Source of the DNA: Candidatus Nanohaloarchaea archaeon
GTDB taxonomy: Archaea; Nanohalarchaeota; Nanosalinia; Nanosalinales; Nanosalinaceae
Direction of reading: 5' to 3'
Length of the DNA stretch: 12,450 bases
NCBI GenBank assembly: GCA_042217585.1
Contig: JBDGSJ010000031.1
Location: 1-12,450 of the forward strand
Shown piece by piece: positions 1-8,179 of this stretch. Positions within the stretch are counted from its first letter, which is position 1. Each line of letters starts with the position of its first letter. A model generated the notes under the pieces. That model worked only from the letters and a program-made list of their open reading frames with translations, was not told where the DNA came from and did no database searches. The position numbers were made by a program, and so were the translations under genes.

Positions 1-1114
1 GGTTGACGTGGCCCAGGTTGCAGGCCTCGTAGTTCTCAAGCGGTTGCTCTCCGCACGGGTTCGTGGCCTCGATGCGGTGCTCCGGGTGTTCATCGACGTC
101 AAAGCTGTGCATCTCGTTGGTCTCGTCGTACATGAACAGGCCGGGCTCTCCGTTCCTCCACGCGCCGTCGACGAGGCATTCCCAGATGAATCTTGCGGGG
201 AGCTTCATCGGCTCTCCGGGCGTCAGGTCGATGTCGTACTCCTCCACTTCTTCGCCGAAGCTGGCGGCGAAGTCACGCCAGAAGTTGTCGTCCTTTCCCT
301 GGTCCGAGCCAGCGGCTTCAGGGTACCATTCCTCGTCCCTGTTGTAGAACTGCGCGGTCTTCCTCGAGGTCTCGAAGACTTCGCCGGTCCTCGGGTTGAT
401 GAGCTCGTACTCCTCGTCGTTCTTGACCGCCTCCATGAAGTCCTCGGTCAGTCCGACGGAGATGTTGAAGTTGGACAGGTTGCCTTCCTTCCTCTTCGCG
501 ACAACGAAGCGGAGGATGTCGGGGTGGTCCACGCGCATGATACCCATCTGGGCGCCTCTCCGCTTCCCGCCCTGCTTTATGGTCCCGCACATGGTGTCGA
601 AGACCTGCTGGAAGCTTAGAGGTCCTGAGGCGATGCCGCCGGTCGACGATACTATGTCTCCCTTGGGCCTCATGAGGTGGAATGGGTATCCCATCCCTCC
701 TCCTGACTGGAATATCTTTGCGGCGTCGTGGACCTTGTTGAATATGCTGTCCATGTCGTCCTGCGGGTGGACCACGAAGCAGGCGCTGAGCTGCTGGAGT
801 TCTGCGCCGGCGTTCATCAGCGTAGGGGAGTTTGGCATGAACTTCAGGTTGGTCATGAGCTGGTAGAACTCCTCCCATGACTCCTCGAAGTCGACGTCGT
901 CGTACTCCTTGTCGGGCTGTGCCACGTTCCTGGCGACGCGCTCGAACATCTCCTCGACCGTCTCCTTGACCTCGCCGTTCTCGTCCTTGAGAAGGTAGCG
1001 GGCCGGGAGGATACGCTCGTAGGCGTTCTCGGTGAGCCTCTCCTCGACTGTTTCTCCTGTTACGCGTTTTACCGGCAGTTTGAAATCCGATTTCTGTTCG
1101 ATCTGTTCTGACAT
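1..1114 (-). CDS. nrdJ: Class II (adenosylcobalamin-dependent) ribonucleotide reductase, N-terminal 371 codons; runs off the left edge
   Basis: Not in the ORF track (no stop in window); translated by hand from ATG 1114: [41 protein letters not shown]...[20 protein letters not shown]...FQSGGGMG...[12 protein letters not shown]...SNFNISV...NGEPG...[21 protein letters not shown]. Contains the RNR catalytic NPCGEQ motif and both redox cysteines. SD-like AGGTG upstream; directly downstream of nrdR; no N-terminal ATP cone. Confidence 0.95.
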   Translation of the reverse strand, partial: MSEQIEQKSDFKLPVKRVTGETVEERLTENAYERILPARYLLKDENGEVKETVEEMFERVARNVAQPDKEYDDVDFEESWEEFYQLMTNLKFMPNSPTLMNAGAELQQLSACFVVHPQDDMDSIFNKVHDAAKIFQSGGGMGYPFHLMRPKGDIVSSTGGIASGPLSFQQVFDTMCGTIKQGGKRRGAQMGIMRVDHPDILRFVVAKRKEGNLSNFNISVGLTEDFMEAVKNDEEYELINPRTGEVFETSRKTAQFYNRDEEWYPEAAGSDQGKDDNFWRDFAASFGEEVEEYDIDLTPGEPMKLPARFIWECLVDGAWRNGEPGLFMYDETNEMHSFDVDEHPEHRIEATNPCGEQPLENYEACNLGHVN

Positions 1115-1141
1115 GATGACACCTAAGTATGATGAGTTGAG

Positions 1142-1582
1142 TTATTCGTTTTGGAGCGACTGGACCTCTTTCTTGAACGATTCAGCGTTCTCGAAGGAGT
1201 CGTAGACCGACGCGAACCTGATGTAGGCGACCTCGTTCCTCTTCCTGAGCTCTTCCTTCACTTTCTCCCCGATGTCCTCTGCATGGACCTCCCTGCTTCC
1301 GCGGACCTCGTTCTTCACGTTCTCGACGATCTCCTCGACCTGTTCGTCGGTCAGAGGCGTCTTGTTGGCGGCTCTCTCCACCCCCTTGCGGATCTTCTCT
1401 TCGTCAAACTTCTGCTCGGTCCCGTCCCTCTTTATGACCTTGATGTCGAGTTTCTCCGCTGTCTCGTAGGTGGTGAACCTTCTTCCGCATTCCTTGCATT
1501 CTCTCCGGCGCCTGATTCTCTCGCAGTCCTCTCTTGTGTCAACGACTTTCGTCGCGCCTTCGTCACAGTAGATGCATTTCAT
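1142..1582 (-). CDS. nrdR: Transcriptional repressor NrdR (Zn ribbon + ATP cone), 146 aa
   Basis: MKCIYC...IRRRRECKECGRRFTTYE Zn ribbon, VIKRDG ATP-cone start, C-terminal AYIRFASVY. True start is ATG 1582; the ORF-track extension to 1948 overlaps the promoter and the PINA gene. Confidence 0.96.
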   Translation of the reverse strand: MKCIYCDEGATKVVDTREDCERIRRRRECKECGRRFTTYETAEKLDIKVIKRDGTEQKFDEEKIRKGVERAANKTPLTDEQVEEIVENVKNEVRGSREVHAEDIGEKVKEELRKRNEVAYIRFASVYDSFENAESFKKEVQSLQNE

Positions 1583-1617
1583 TCGGTATACCAGCCTCTG
1601 ACCGGTATCAGGTCGAG

Positions 1618-1665
1618 GTACTACATATTGTGGAGAATCTTTGAACTCCCCCCCACATCTTGTGT
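1618..1665. promoter_or_regulatory. Tandem NrdR boxes (1618-1633 and 1650-1665)
   Basis: Minus-strand reads ccaCAATATGTAGtac and acaCAAGATGTGGggg resemble the NrdR consensus acaCwAtATaTwGtgt. Their 32-bp offset matches the canonical 31-32 bp spacing, and they lie upstream of nrdR-nrdJ. Confidence 0.85.
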
Positions 1666-1693
1666 TTCCGTCAGGCTGAATATTGACCTCTCT

Positions 1694-1703
1694 CTTTAAA
1701 TAT
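1694..1703 (-). promoter_or_regulatory. Putative TATA box of the nrdR-nrdJ operon
   Basis: ATATTTAAAG on the minus strand; predicts a TSS near 1670, just upstream of the NrdR boxes. Confidence 0.5.
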
Positions 1704-1817
1704 CCTGCCGTGTTGGTTCCGGCTGAATATTCATCTTCTGGTGACAAATTTCTGGTCCGACGGGCGTCTCCTTTTTCAAGATTGGAGCCGAATCCCTTTA
1801 CAAAGGTAGTCTGAAGG

Positions 1818-3608
1818 ATGAGAATCGTACCTGACACATCGATAATAATCGACGGAAAGCTCTCCGATCTCGCTGAAGAGGGGGAGATAGACGGAGAGGT
1901 AATAATATCTGAACTCGTGATCGACGAACTGGAGAACCAGGCGAACACCGGCAGGGAGACCGGTTACCAGGGTATCGACGAAGTCGAGAAGCTGAGGAAG
2001 CTTTCCGGTGAGAAAGGTTTCGAGGTGAGCTTCACCGGCAGGAGACCCAGCACGGAGGAGATAGAGATGGCGGAGAACGGCCGGATCGACGCGATGATAA
2101 GGGACGTGGCCGAGGAGCACGATGCGGTCCTCTACACCGCGGACCGGGTCCAGGCACGTGTCGCCGAGGCGAAGGGCGTCGATGTGGAGTTCTTCGAGAC
2201 TGAGGACGCGGTGGAGAGGTTCAGGCTGAAGGATTACTTCGATGACGATACCATGAGCGTCCACCTGAAGGAGGACGCGAAGCCTAAGGCAAAACGCGGG
2301 GTCCCCGGAGAGTTCGGCCTGGAGACGATCAGGGACGAGCCCATAAGCAAGGAGGAGATCCAGGACCTTATATCGAACACCATCGAGGTCGCGGAGTCCT
2401 CGGACCACGGTCTTGAGGAGATGGAGAAGGAGGGCGCGACAGTCATCCAGCTGGACGAGTACAGGATAGCTATCACGAGGCCTCCTTTCTCGGAGGCGAT
2501 GGAGATAACCGCTGTGAGACCGGTAGCGGATGTCTCGCTGAGCGACTACGACATGTCTGTCGAGCTACAGGAACGGCTGAAGCAGGAGGCCGAGGGTATA
2601 CTGGTCGCCGGGGCGCCGGGACACGGTAAATCTACGTTCGCGCAGGCTCTCGCCGAGTACTACGAGGGGGAGAACCAGGTCGTGAAGACCATGGAGAATC
2701 CCCGGGACCTCGACGTCGGACCGGATATAACGCAGTACAAGAGCCTTGAGGGCTCGATGGAGAACACAGGCGACTTCCTGCTCCTGGTCAGGCCGGACTA
2801 CACGGTGTTCGACGAGGTCCGGAAGACCGACGACTTCGAGGTCTTCTCCGACATGAGGATGGCCGGGGTCGGGATGATAGGTATCGTTCACGCCTCCGAG
2901 GCGGTCGACGCGGTCCAGAGACTTATCGGAAGAGTGGAGCTGGGTATGATACCGCAGGTCTGTGACACCGTCGTCTTCATAAAGAACGCCCGGATCGAGA
3001 CCGTCTACAAGGTCGAGCTGACCGTGAAGGTCCCGGAGGGCATGACAGAGGAGGACCTCGCACGTCCCGTCATACAGATCAAGCGCTTCGAGGACGACGA
3101 GCCGCAGTACGAGATATACACCTACGGCGAGGAGACGGTCGTGGTCCCGGTGACCGGGGGCGAATCCGAGTCCGGTGCGCAGAGGCTTGCGAAGGAGCAG
3201 GTCTACCGTGAGATGCAGCAGTACGCTCACGACCCGGAGATAAGGTTCCTTTCGGACGACCACGTCGAGGTCCTTGTTGACGAGGACGAGATCTCCCATA
3301 TAATAGGGAAGGGAGGCGAGAACATCGACAGGATTGAGGACCAGCTCGGCATCAGCATCACTGTCGAGCCGAAGGGCGCCACCCTGAAGGACGAGCTCGA
3401 GTTCTCGGTAGAGGAGCGCGGGAACTCGGTGATAATCGAGATAGGGGAGGAGCACGCGTCGGACGAGGTCGACGTCTATGCCGGCGACGAGTTCCTTTTC
3501 GCTGCGACGGTCGGGAAGAACGGGGAGGTGTCGCTGACGAAGACCTCAGAGCTCGCGGCCCGGGTCCTTGGCGCGGCGGAGACCGGGAAGCTCCAGGTCC
3601 GGACGTGA
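1818..3608 (+). CDS. PIN-domain / P-loop ATPase / KH-domain protein (PINA family, PINc/VapC ATPase; Holliday junction branch-migration ATPase in Sulfolobales)
   Basis: N-terminal PIN (VPDTSIIIDG, ELE, IDA, YTAD), Walker A GAPGHGKST, Walker B TVFDEVR, GMIGIVHA and RVELGMIPQ family motifs, C-terminal KH loop IIGKGG; 596 aa. Confidence 0.92.
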   Translation: MRIVPDTSIIIDGKLSDLAEEGEIDGEVIISELVIDELENQANTGRETGYQGIDEVEKLRKLSGEKGFEVSFTGRRPSTEEIEMAENGRIDAMIRDVAEEHDAVLYTADRVQARVAEAKGVDVEFFETEDAVERFRLKDYFDDDTMSVHLKEDAKPKAKRGVPGEFGLETIRDEPISKEEIQDLISNTIEVAESSDHGLEEMEKEGATVIQLDEYRIAITRPPFSEAMEITAVRPVADVSLSDYDMSVELQERLKQEAEGILVAGAPGHGKSTFAQALAEYYEGENQVVKTMENPRDLDVGPDITQYKSLEGSMENTGDFLLLVRPDYTVFDEVRKTDDFEVFSDMRMAGVGMIGIVHASEAVDAVQRLIGRVELGMIPQVCDTVVFIKNARIETVYKVELTVKVPEGMTEEDLARPVIQIKRFEDDEPQYEIYTYGEETVVVPVTGGESESGAQRLAKEQVYREMQQYAHDPEIRFLSDDHVEVLVDEDEISHIIGKGGENIDRIEDQLGISITVEPKGATLKDELEFSVEERGNSVIIEIGEEHASDEVDVYAGDEFLFAATVGKNGEVSLTKTSELAARVLGAAETGKLQVRT

Positions 3609-3648
3609 TTTCCCAGTTTACTTAAGTCAGCGCACCTGATTCCTCCAC

Positions 3649-4812
3649 GTGAGGCAGGTCCAGGTCACGGTCCCGGACAGGCACAGGGAGCTCGTGGAGG
3701 AGATACTTCAGGACTACTCCACGGACATATCCTCCTCGAAGGTCGAGAGGAAGGAGGAGGAATCGATACAGTTCTCGGCGACCGTCGAGGCCAGCGATAT
3801 AGACGACCTGACGGAGGACCTGAAGGGCCACAAGGAGATAGAGGTGGGGGAGCTTTCGATAAGGGTGCTCCAGCAGGAGACCCTGATAGAGAAGGGCCAG
3901 CAGACTAAGGGCTCGACAAGTCCGCTTTCCCAGGAGGAGATATACAGCAAGGCGCAGGAGTTCAGGAACTTCACCAAGCCGCAGTGGGGCCTCATAGCGC
4001 TCTCTTCCGCGATCGCGAGCTACGGACTGGTCCTTGACAACGTGATACTGGTTATAGGTGCGATGATGCTGGCGCCGATGCTCTCTCCGTTCGTCTCTGG
4101 AGCGGTCTCGCTGGCTGTAGGGGACCGCAGCCTCCTGATCGATTCGGTCCGGGCGGGTATCGAGAGCGCGGTGATCGCGGTCCTGGTCTCTTACCTCGCC
4201 GTCTTCCCGATACCTGTCGGTGTCAACAACACGCTGGAGCTTGTGGTCTCCCCCGGAGTCCCGACGGTCCTGCTATCCCTGCTGGTGGGAGGGGCCGCAG
4301 CCCTGACGTTTGCCACCGGTCTGAGGGACCAGATAGCAGGGGTCGCGGTCGCCATCGCTCTTGTGCCTCCTCTGGCGAGCGTCGGTATCGCCCTGAAGAT
4401 GCAGGACTTCGTCCTGGCCTTCCAGGCAGCTGCCGTTGCTTTCTCGAACATACTGGGGGTGATAATCTCCGGTTTCATAAGTTTCAACGCCCTGGGTTTG
4501 AGGCCCCAGACCTACTACAAGAAGAGGAATGCGGAGAAGATGAAGTACGTGGTCCCCGGGGCTTTCCTGGTCCTGATAGTTCTCGTGGTGCCGGTCGTGT
4601 ACCACGCCTATGCCAACTACGAGGCCTACGGCTCACAGCACAGTATAGAGAAGAAGGCGAATCAGTTCTTCGGGGAGGACCTCATAGAGATCAGGTTCAA
4701 GGACTCCACGGCCACGATACTGGTGGCTGGAGACCACAATGAGACGGAGTTCCGGAGGAGCATAACCGGTGACGTGAAGCTTGAGGTGATCGAACTCCGG
4801 AAGGCCGGCTAA
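3649..4812 (+). CDS. DUF389 / TIGR00341 family integral membrane protein
   Basis: MRQVQVTVP N-terminus, GLVLDNVILVIGAMMLAPML and GVAVAIALVPPLASVGI motifs, about 7 TM segments; GTG start preceded by AT-rich TTTACTTAAG. Confidence 0.88.
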   Translation: MRQVQVTVPDRHRELVEEILQDYSTDISSSKVERKEEESIQFSATVEASDIDDLTEDLKGHKEIEVGELSIRVLQQETLIEKGQQTKGSTSPLSQEEIYSKAQEFRNFTKPQWGLIALSSAIASYGLVLDNVILVIGAMMLAPMLSPFVSGAVSLAVGDRSLLIDSVRAGIESAVIAVLVSYLAVFPIPVGVNNTLELVVSPGVPTVLLSLLVGGAAALTFATGLRDQIAGVAVAIALVPPLASVGIALKMQDFVLAFQAAAVAFSNILGVIISGFISFNALGLRPQTYYKKRNAEKMKYVVPGAFLVLIVLVVPVVYHAYANYEAYGSQHSIEKKANQFFGEDLIEIRFKDSTATILVAGDHNETEFRRSITGDVKLEVIELRKAG

Positions 4813-4843
4813 TTATTTAAACAGGGCTCCAGCAATTAAATTC

Positions 4844-5200
4844 ATGCCGGATATTATACTGGCGATCAATCTGGCTGTGACCCTGAGTATCGGTGCGGTC
4901 ACTTTTCTGATCATACATTACAGCACCAGGGACATAGAGGACGACATAATCAAGGAGTACGCCCAGAGGCTCAGGTTCGTGATACTCGTGCTGCTCCTGT
5001 TCGTGGTGTACTGGGGTCTCTACAGGTACTCGCTGCAGGGAAGTTCTATCGCGAGGTATCCGCTTTACCTGGCCCTGATATTCGTGTTCCTTTACCTCAT
5101 GTGGTCGGTGATGTCGTTCGAGAAACTGGCCGACCAGCACGGGACCTCGACCGAGAGCAAGATGGATAAGATAACGAAACAGGAGCTGGGAGAGAATTAA
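4844..5200 (+). CDS. Small hypothetical 3-TM membrane protein (118 aa)
   Basis: Three hydrophobic segments and a charged tail; TATA-like TTTAAA at 4816-4821, 28 nt before the ATG (leaderless geometry); stop overlaps the convergent gene's stop (TTAA 5197-5200). Confidence 0.8.
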   Translation: MPDIILAINLAVTLSIGAVTFLIIHYSTRDIEDDIIKEYAQRLRFVILVLLLFVVYWGLYRYSLQGSSIARYPLYLALIFVFLYLMWSVMSFEKLADQHGTSTESKMDKITKQELGEN

Positions 5201-6360
5201 CTCCTGTGCTCGTTCCTCTCTTCTCTCTTCCGCCGAACGACCTCGTTAATCTCATGCAGGGCGGTATCGAGCACGTCCAGCATCTCCCAGCCCTCCTCGT
5301 TGACTGTCTGTATCCCGAACTCTGATTCGAGCTTGAGGTCCAGCTCCCACCTGTGCTTCTTGCCGTCCTTCTCCGACTTCTTGAAATGGAGCTTGACCTC
5401 CTCAGGACGGTCCAGTTTTCTTCCGAGGGAGCCACTCATCTGCTGGGCGATTTTGTCGTGGACCGCGGCTTTCTCCTCGTCAACGTCCAGTCCGACGATG
5501 TTGACAAGCACGTAGTCGTCGGAGGTCGAGCTGTCGATATGCTCTGCGAAGTCCTTCACGGTAACGATGGATTCGGGGTAGTCCCTGTCGGTTATCAGCA
5601 GTTCACTGGATTCCTTTTCCATCATCTCTTCCACGAGCTTGTCGCAGTCCTCGTGACCTTCATGGGTCGGCGGGGTCCGGTCCATTATCTCACGGACCGT
5701 CACGTCTGAAAGCCTGTCTTTCTCCGAGCCACCGGCTATCTGGGTGTCCTTCTGGGACCTCCCGGATGTCCCTCCCGGTGACTGGGATTCACGGTTGATG
5801 AGGATCTTCAGCATCTCCGTGCTCCTCACGATGCCGGTCAGCCTGCCGTCCTCGTCAAGCACCGGTAGACGTGAGATGTTGTTGTCCAGCATCATATGCC
5901 GGGCCTTCTCCACGCTGTCCTCCTCGAAGACCTGGAGAAGTTCTTCCGGTCCGACGTCCAGACTGGTGACGGAGGAGAGCTCCTCGATCTTCTCGAACCC
6001 TCTCAGAAGTTCCTCGTCACCGATCACGGCCTTGAGCCTGTCGTCCTGCGTTTGGACCATCAGCTTGCGGCCCGAGTTGATCCTGAGACCGCATATGTCC
6101 TGCAGCGAGTCCGAGGCGTCGAACTCAGGCGGCTGGTGGATGACTTTCTCGGGCTTCGTCGTCTGCGGGTTGAACTGGACGTGCCTTATCAGGTCCCTGT
6201 AACCTATCACTCCCTTGAGTTTCCCGCTGTTAACTACCGGGACGGCCCTGAGGTCCTTCTCCTCCATAGTGTTCCTTATCTGGGAGAGGCTCTGGTCAGA
6301 ACTGACGGTGACGGGGTCGGTGTCCATTATCTCCTCTGCGGACACTTCCTCTGCGTTCAT
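5197..6360 (-). CDS. 4xCBS-domain protein with C-terminal HPF/RaiA-like domain (Hib-type archaeal ribosome hibernation factor candidate)
   Basis: CBS repeats (IMDTDPVTV..AVPVV..GVIGYRDL; ISRLPVLDEDGRLTGIV; VREIM..SIVTVKDF), then a ~105-aa tail (5514-5197) with beta-alpha-beta-beta-beta-alpha pattern ending EGWEMLDVLDTALHEINEVVRRK, as in HPF/RaiA. Start ATG 6360 (GTGAT upstream) or GTG 6369 overlapping the NYN stop. Confidence 0.8.
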   Translation of the reverse strand: MNAEEVSAEEIMDTDPVTVSSDQSLSQIRNTMEEKDLRAVPVVNSGKLKGVIGYRDLIRHVQFNPQTTKPEKVIHQPPEFDASDSLQDICGLRINSGRKLMVQTQDDRLKAVIGDEELLRGFEKIEELSSVTSLDVGPEELLQVFEEDSVEKARHMMLDNNISRLPVLDEDGRLTGIVRSTEMLKILINRESQSPGGTSGRSQKDTQIAGGSEKDRLSDVTVREIMDRTPPTHEGHEDCDKLVEEMMEKESSELLITDRDYPESIVTVKDFAEHIDSSTSDDYVLVNIVGLDVDEEKAAVHDKIAQQMSGSLGRKLDRPEEVKLHFKKSEKDGKKHRWELDLKLESEFGIQTVNEEGWEMLDVLDTALHEINEVVRRKREERNEHRS

Positions 6361-6365
6361 TCCGA

Positions 6366-6869
6366 TCACTTGTCCACCAGGAACTTCTCTTCCTTGTCGT
6401 CCATATCGATGAAGTTCGTCGCTGCCTTACGCAGCTCCTTCGCGGAGGACCGTCCGAACGCCATGACCTCGACGCGGCATCCCATCGCCTTCAGGTGGTC
6501 GACAAGGACCGCGAAGTCCCCGTCTCCCGTCACGAGTACGATGGTGTCAAGCTTCTTCGCCTGCTGGATCATGTCCACGGTCATGCCGAGGTCCCAGTCT
6601 CCCTTCTTCTCGCCGCCGTAGAACTCCTTCAGTTCCTTGATGTTCACTTCGTAGCCTATCTTCCTGAGTGCTTCGAAGAAGTTCTCCTCGTCCGGCGTGT
6701 CGGCCTGGATCACGTATGCGGATGCCCTCACCAGGTTCCTGTTCATCACGGCCGCGTTCAGCAGTTTCTTGAAGTCGACCTTGCTGTTGTAGAGGTTTTT
6801 TGCGCTGTAGTACATATTTTGGACGTCGACAAAGACGCCTACTCTCTGATCGGAGTGTATTTCTGACAT
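6366..6869 (-). CDS. NYN domain (LabA/DUF88, PIN-like fold) protein, putative ribonuclease
   Basis: VFVDVQNMYY, KKGDWDLGMTVD, VLVTGDGDFAVLV, GCRVEV and SSAKELRKAATNFID motifs with acidic catalytic residues intact; 167 aa, single domain. Confidence 0.92.
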   Translation of the reverse strand: MSEIHSDQRVGVFVDVQNMYYSAKNLYNSKVDFKKLLNAAVMNRNLVRASAYVIQADTPDEENFFEALRKIGYEVNIKELKEFYGGEKKGDWDLGMTVDMIQQAKKLDTIVLVTGDGDFAVLVDHLKAMGCRVEVMAFGRSSAKELRKAATNFIDMDDKEEKFLVDK

Positions 6870-6940
6870 AGAAAATCTTCCTCGTTGAAACAGATGATTC
6901 TGAATCTACATGAAAGGATTCGGAGGTCAGTCTTAAAAGG

Positions 6941-8179
6941 TTACCTTGAACCGGACCCCAGTTCGTAGATGTGGTAGGTCCCGCACGGCGAGCTCGCGGA
7001 GAACACCTCGGAGTAGTTCAGCTCCTCCCTGACGACAGCATAATCCACACCGTACTTACTGTGAAGCCGCCCATAACCGGTCCACGTCCCGTGGACCTCA
7101 CGGTCCAGGAGGTATCCTGCCTCGGCCCACCGGTCCGACACGACCTCTCCCTCCAGTCCGCTGACGTGGTCCATCGCCTTGCTGAACGGTCCTGCGCAGC
7201 GGTACTCCCTCTCCAGCTGTCCGGCGATGCTCATCCCGGAGACGGCGAAGGTGGCGAGTAGGATGACGAGCAACTGCCTTCTGTCGAACTTTCTCGCCGA
7301 GATGAGGACCAGAAGCGGAAGGGCCGGAAGCCAGTACCGGGTGAAGGAGTTGCCCGCGTACACCAGCACGAAGACGGAGTAGAGGAGTAGCATCCCTCTC
7401 TCGTGAGGCCTCGATTCCCTCCATCCTGCGATACCGGCGAGTCCGAGGACCGATACCGCGGTCCAGCCCGCCTTCAGGTTCGCCAGCGTCTCGGCGAACA
7501 GCTCGGAGTCGGACCACCTGCTTACCCTGTTTATGTAGAGTAAAGTCTTCTGGAGCGGTCCCCCGTACTTCCACGTGCTGTAGCCGAGGAACGGTATCGA
7601 GCCGAGGAGGCCTCCGGCTACGTAGCGAAGGGCCTGTTCCCTCTTCGAGTAGAGGTAGCCGAGGAGCATGCCGGCGCCGAGGACCGCGTAAACGTACCGA
7701 AAGGTGGTGGCGAGAGCCATCAGTCCTCCCGCGTACAGGTGTCGGTCCCGCGTGTAGAAATAGAGGCTTCCGAGCATAAGCGCCAGCGCAGGTATGTCCG
7801 AGTAGGCGTGGAAGGACCAGTACAGGAAGAGAGGTGAGAGAGCCATCCCTGCCACCACGAGAGGAGATTCAAGGTCCTCTGAACGCGCAGTCAGGTAGAA
7901 AAGGTAGACCGCTGCGAGCCCGGAGAGCGAGATCACCAGTCTTGCGGTGAAAGTTGACTCGCCGGTCAGGGTCCAGATCGCGGCGATCGCCGCGGAAAGC
8001 GCGATGGGTCGGTTCTCCTCGAAGTTGTGGGTGTCGGTCCCCAGCAGGGCCTCGGCATTTCCCATAAAGGAGCCCTCGTCCCAGCGCAGGGGGGCCGTAG
8101 CCAAGCCGGCGAGCGATATCGTCAGGAAAAGCAGTACGATGGAAAGGTAGAGGGCGGTGTCCGATTCGATGTCTTTCAC
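6941..8179 (-). CDS. GT-C superfamily membrane glycosyltransferase (ArnT/PMT-like)
   Basis: Multi-TM protein with WDE motif after TM1 (LRWDEGSF), YSDIPAL, TTFRY, TRYWLPALP and a soluble C-terminal domain; GTG start overlaps the upstream TGA (GTGA 8179-8176). Confidence 0.85.
   Translation of the reverse strand: MKDIESDTALYLSIVLLFLTISLAGLATAPLRWDEGSFMGNAEALLGTDTHNFEENRPIALSAAIAAIWTLTGESTFTARLVISLSGLAAVYLFYLTARSEDLESPLVVAGMALSPLFLYWSFHAYSDIPALALMLGSLYFYTRDRHLYAGGLMALATTFRYVYAVLGAGMLLGYLYSKREQALRYVAGGLLGSIPFLGYSTWKYGGPLQKTLLYINRVSRWSDSELFAETLANLKAGWTAVSVLGLAGIAGWRESRPHERGMLLLYSVFVLVYAGNSFTRYWLPALPLLVLISARKFDRRQLLVILLATFAVSGMSIAGQLEREYRCAGPFSKAMDHVSGLEGEVVSDRWAEAGYLLDREVHGTWTGYGRLHSKYGVDYAVVREELNYSEVFSASSPCGTYHIYELGSGSR

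Noticed and set aside
40..710. Inteins in nrdJ at common insertion points (NP/CGE; GGG motif)
   Set aside because: Both motifs are contiguous in the visible part of the gene.
1583..1948. N-terminal extension of the NrdR ORF (268 aa)
   Set aside because: Runs through the promoter and antisense to PINA; NrdR homology starts at MKCIYC (1582).
1818..2200. PIN domain as a VapC toxin of a TA or defence system
   Set aside because: It is part of the conserved housekeeping PINA architecture and there is no antitoxin gene.
2565..3455. Long antisense or alternative-frame ORFs (e.g. 8-619, 1776-2408, 2565-3455, 5896-6621, 11252-11770)
   Set aside because: Shadows of real genes caused by high GC3 and acidic codon bias; no motifs.
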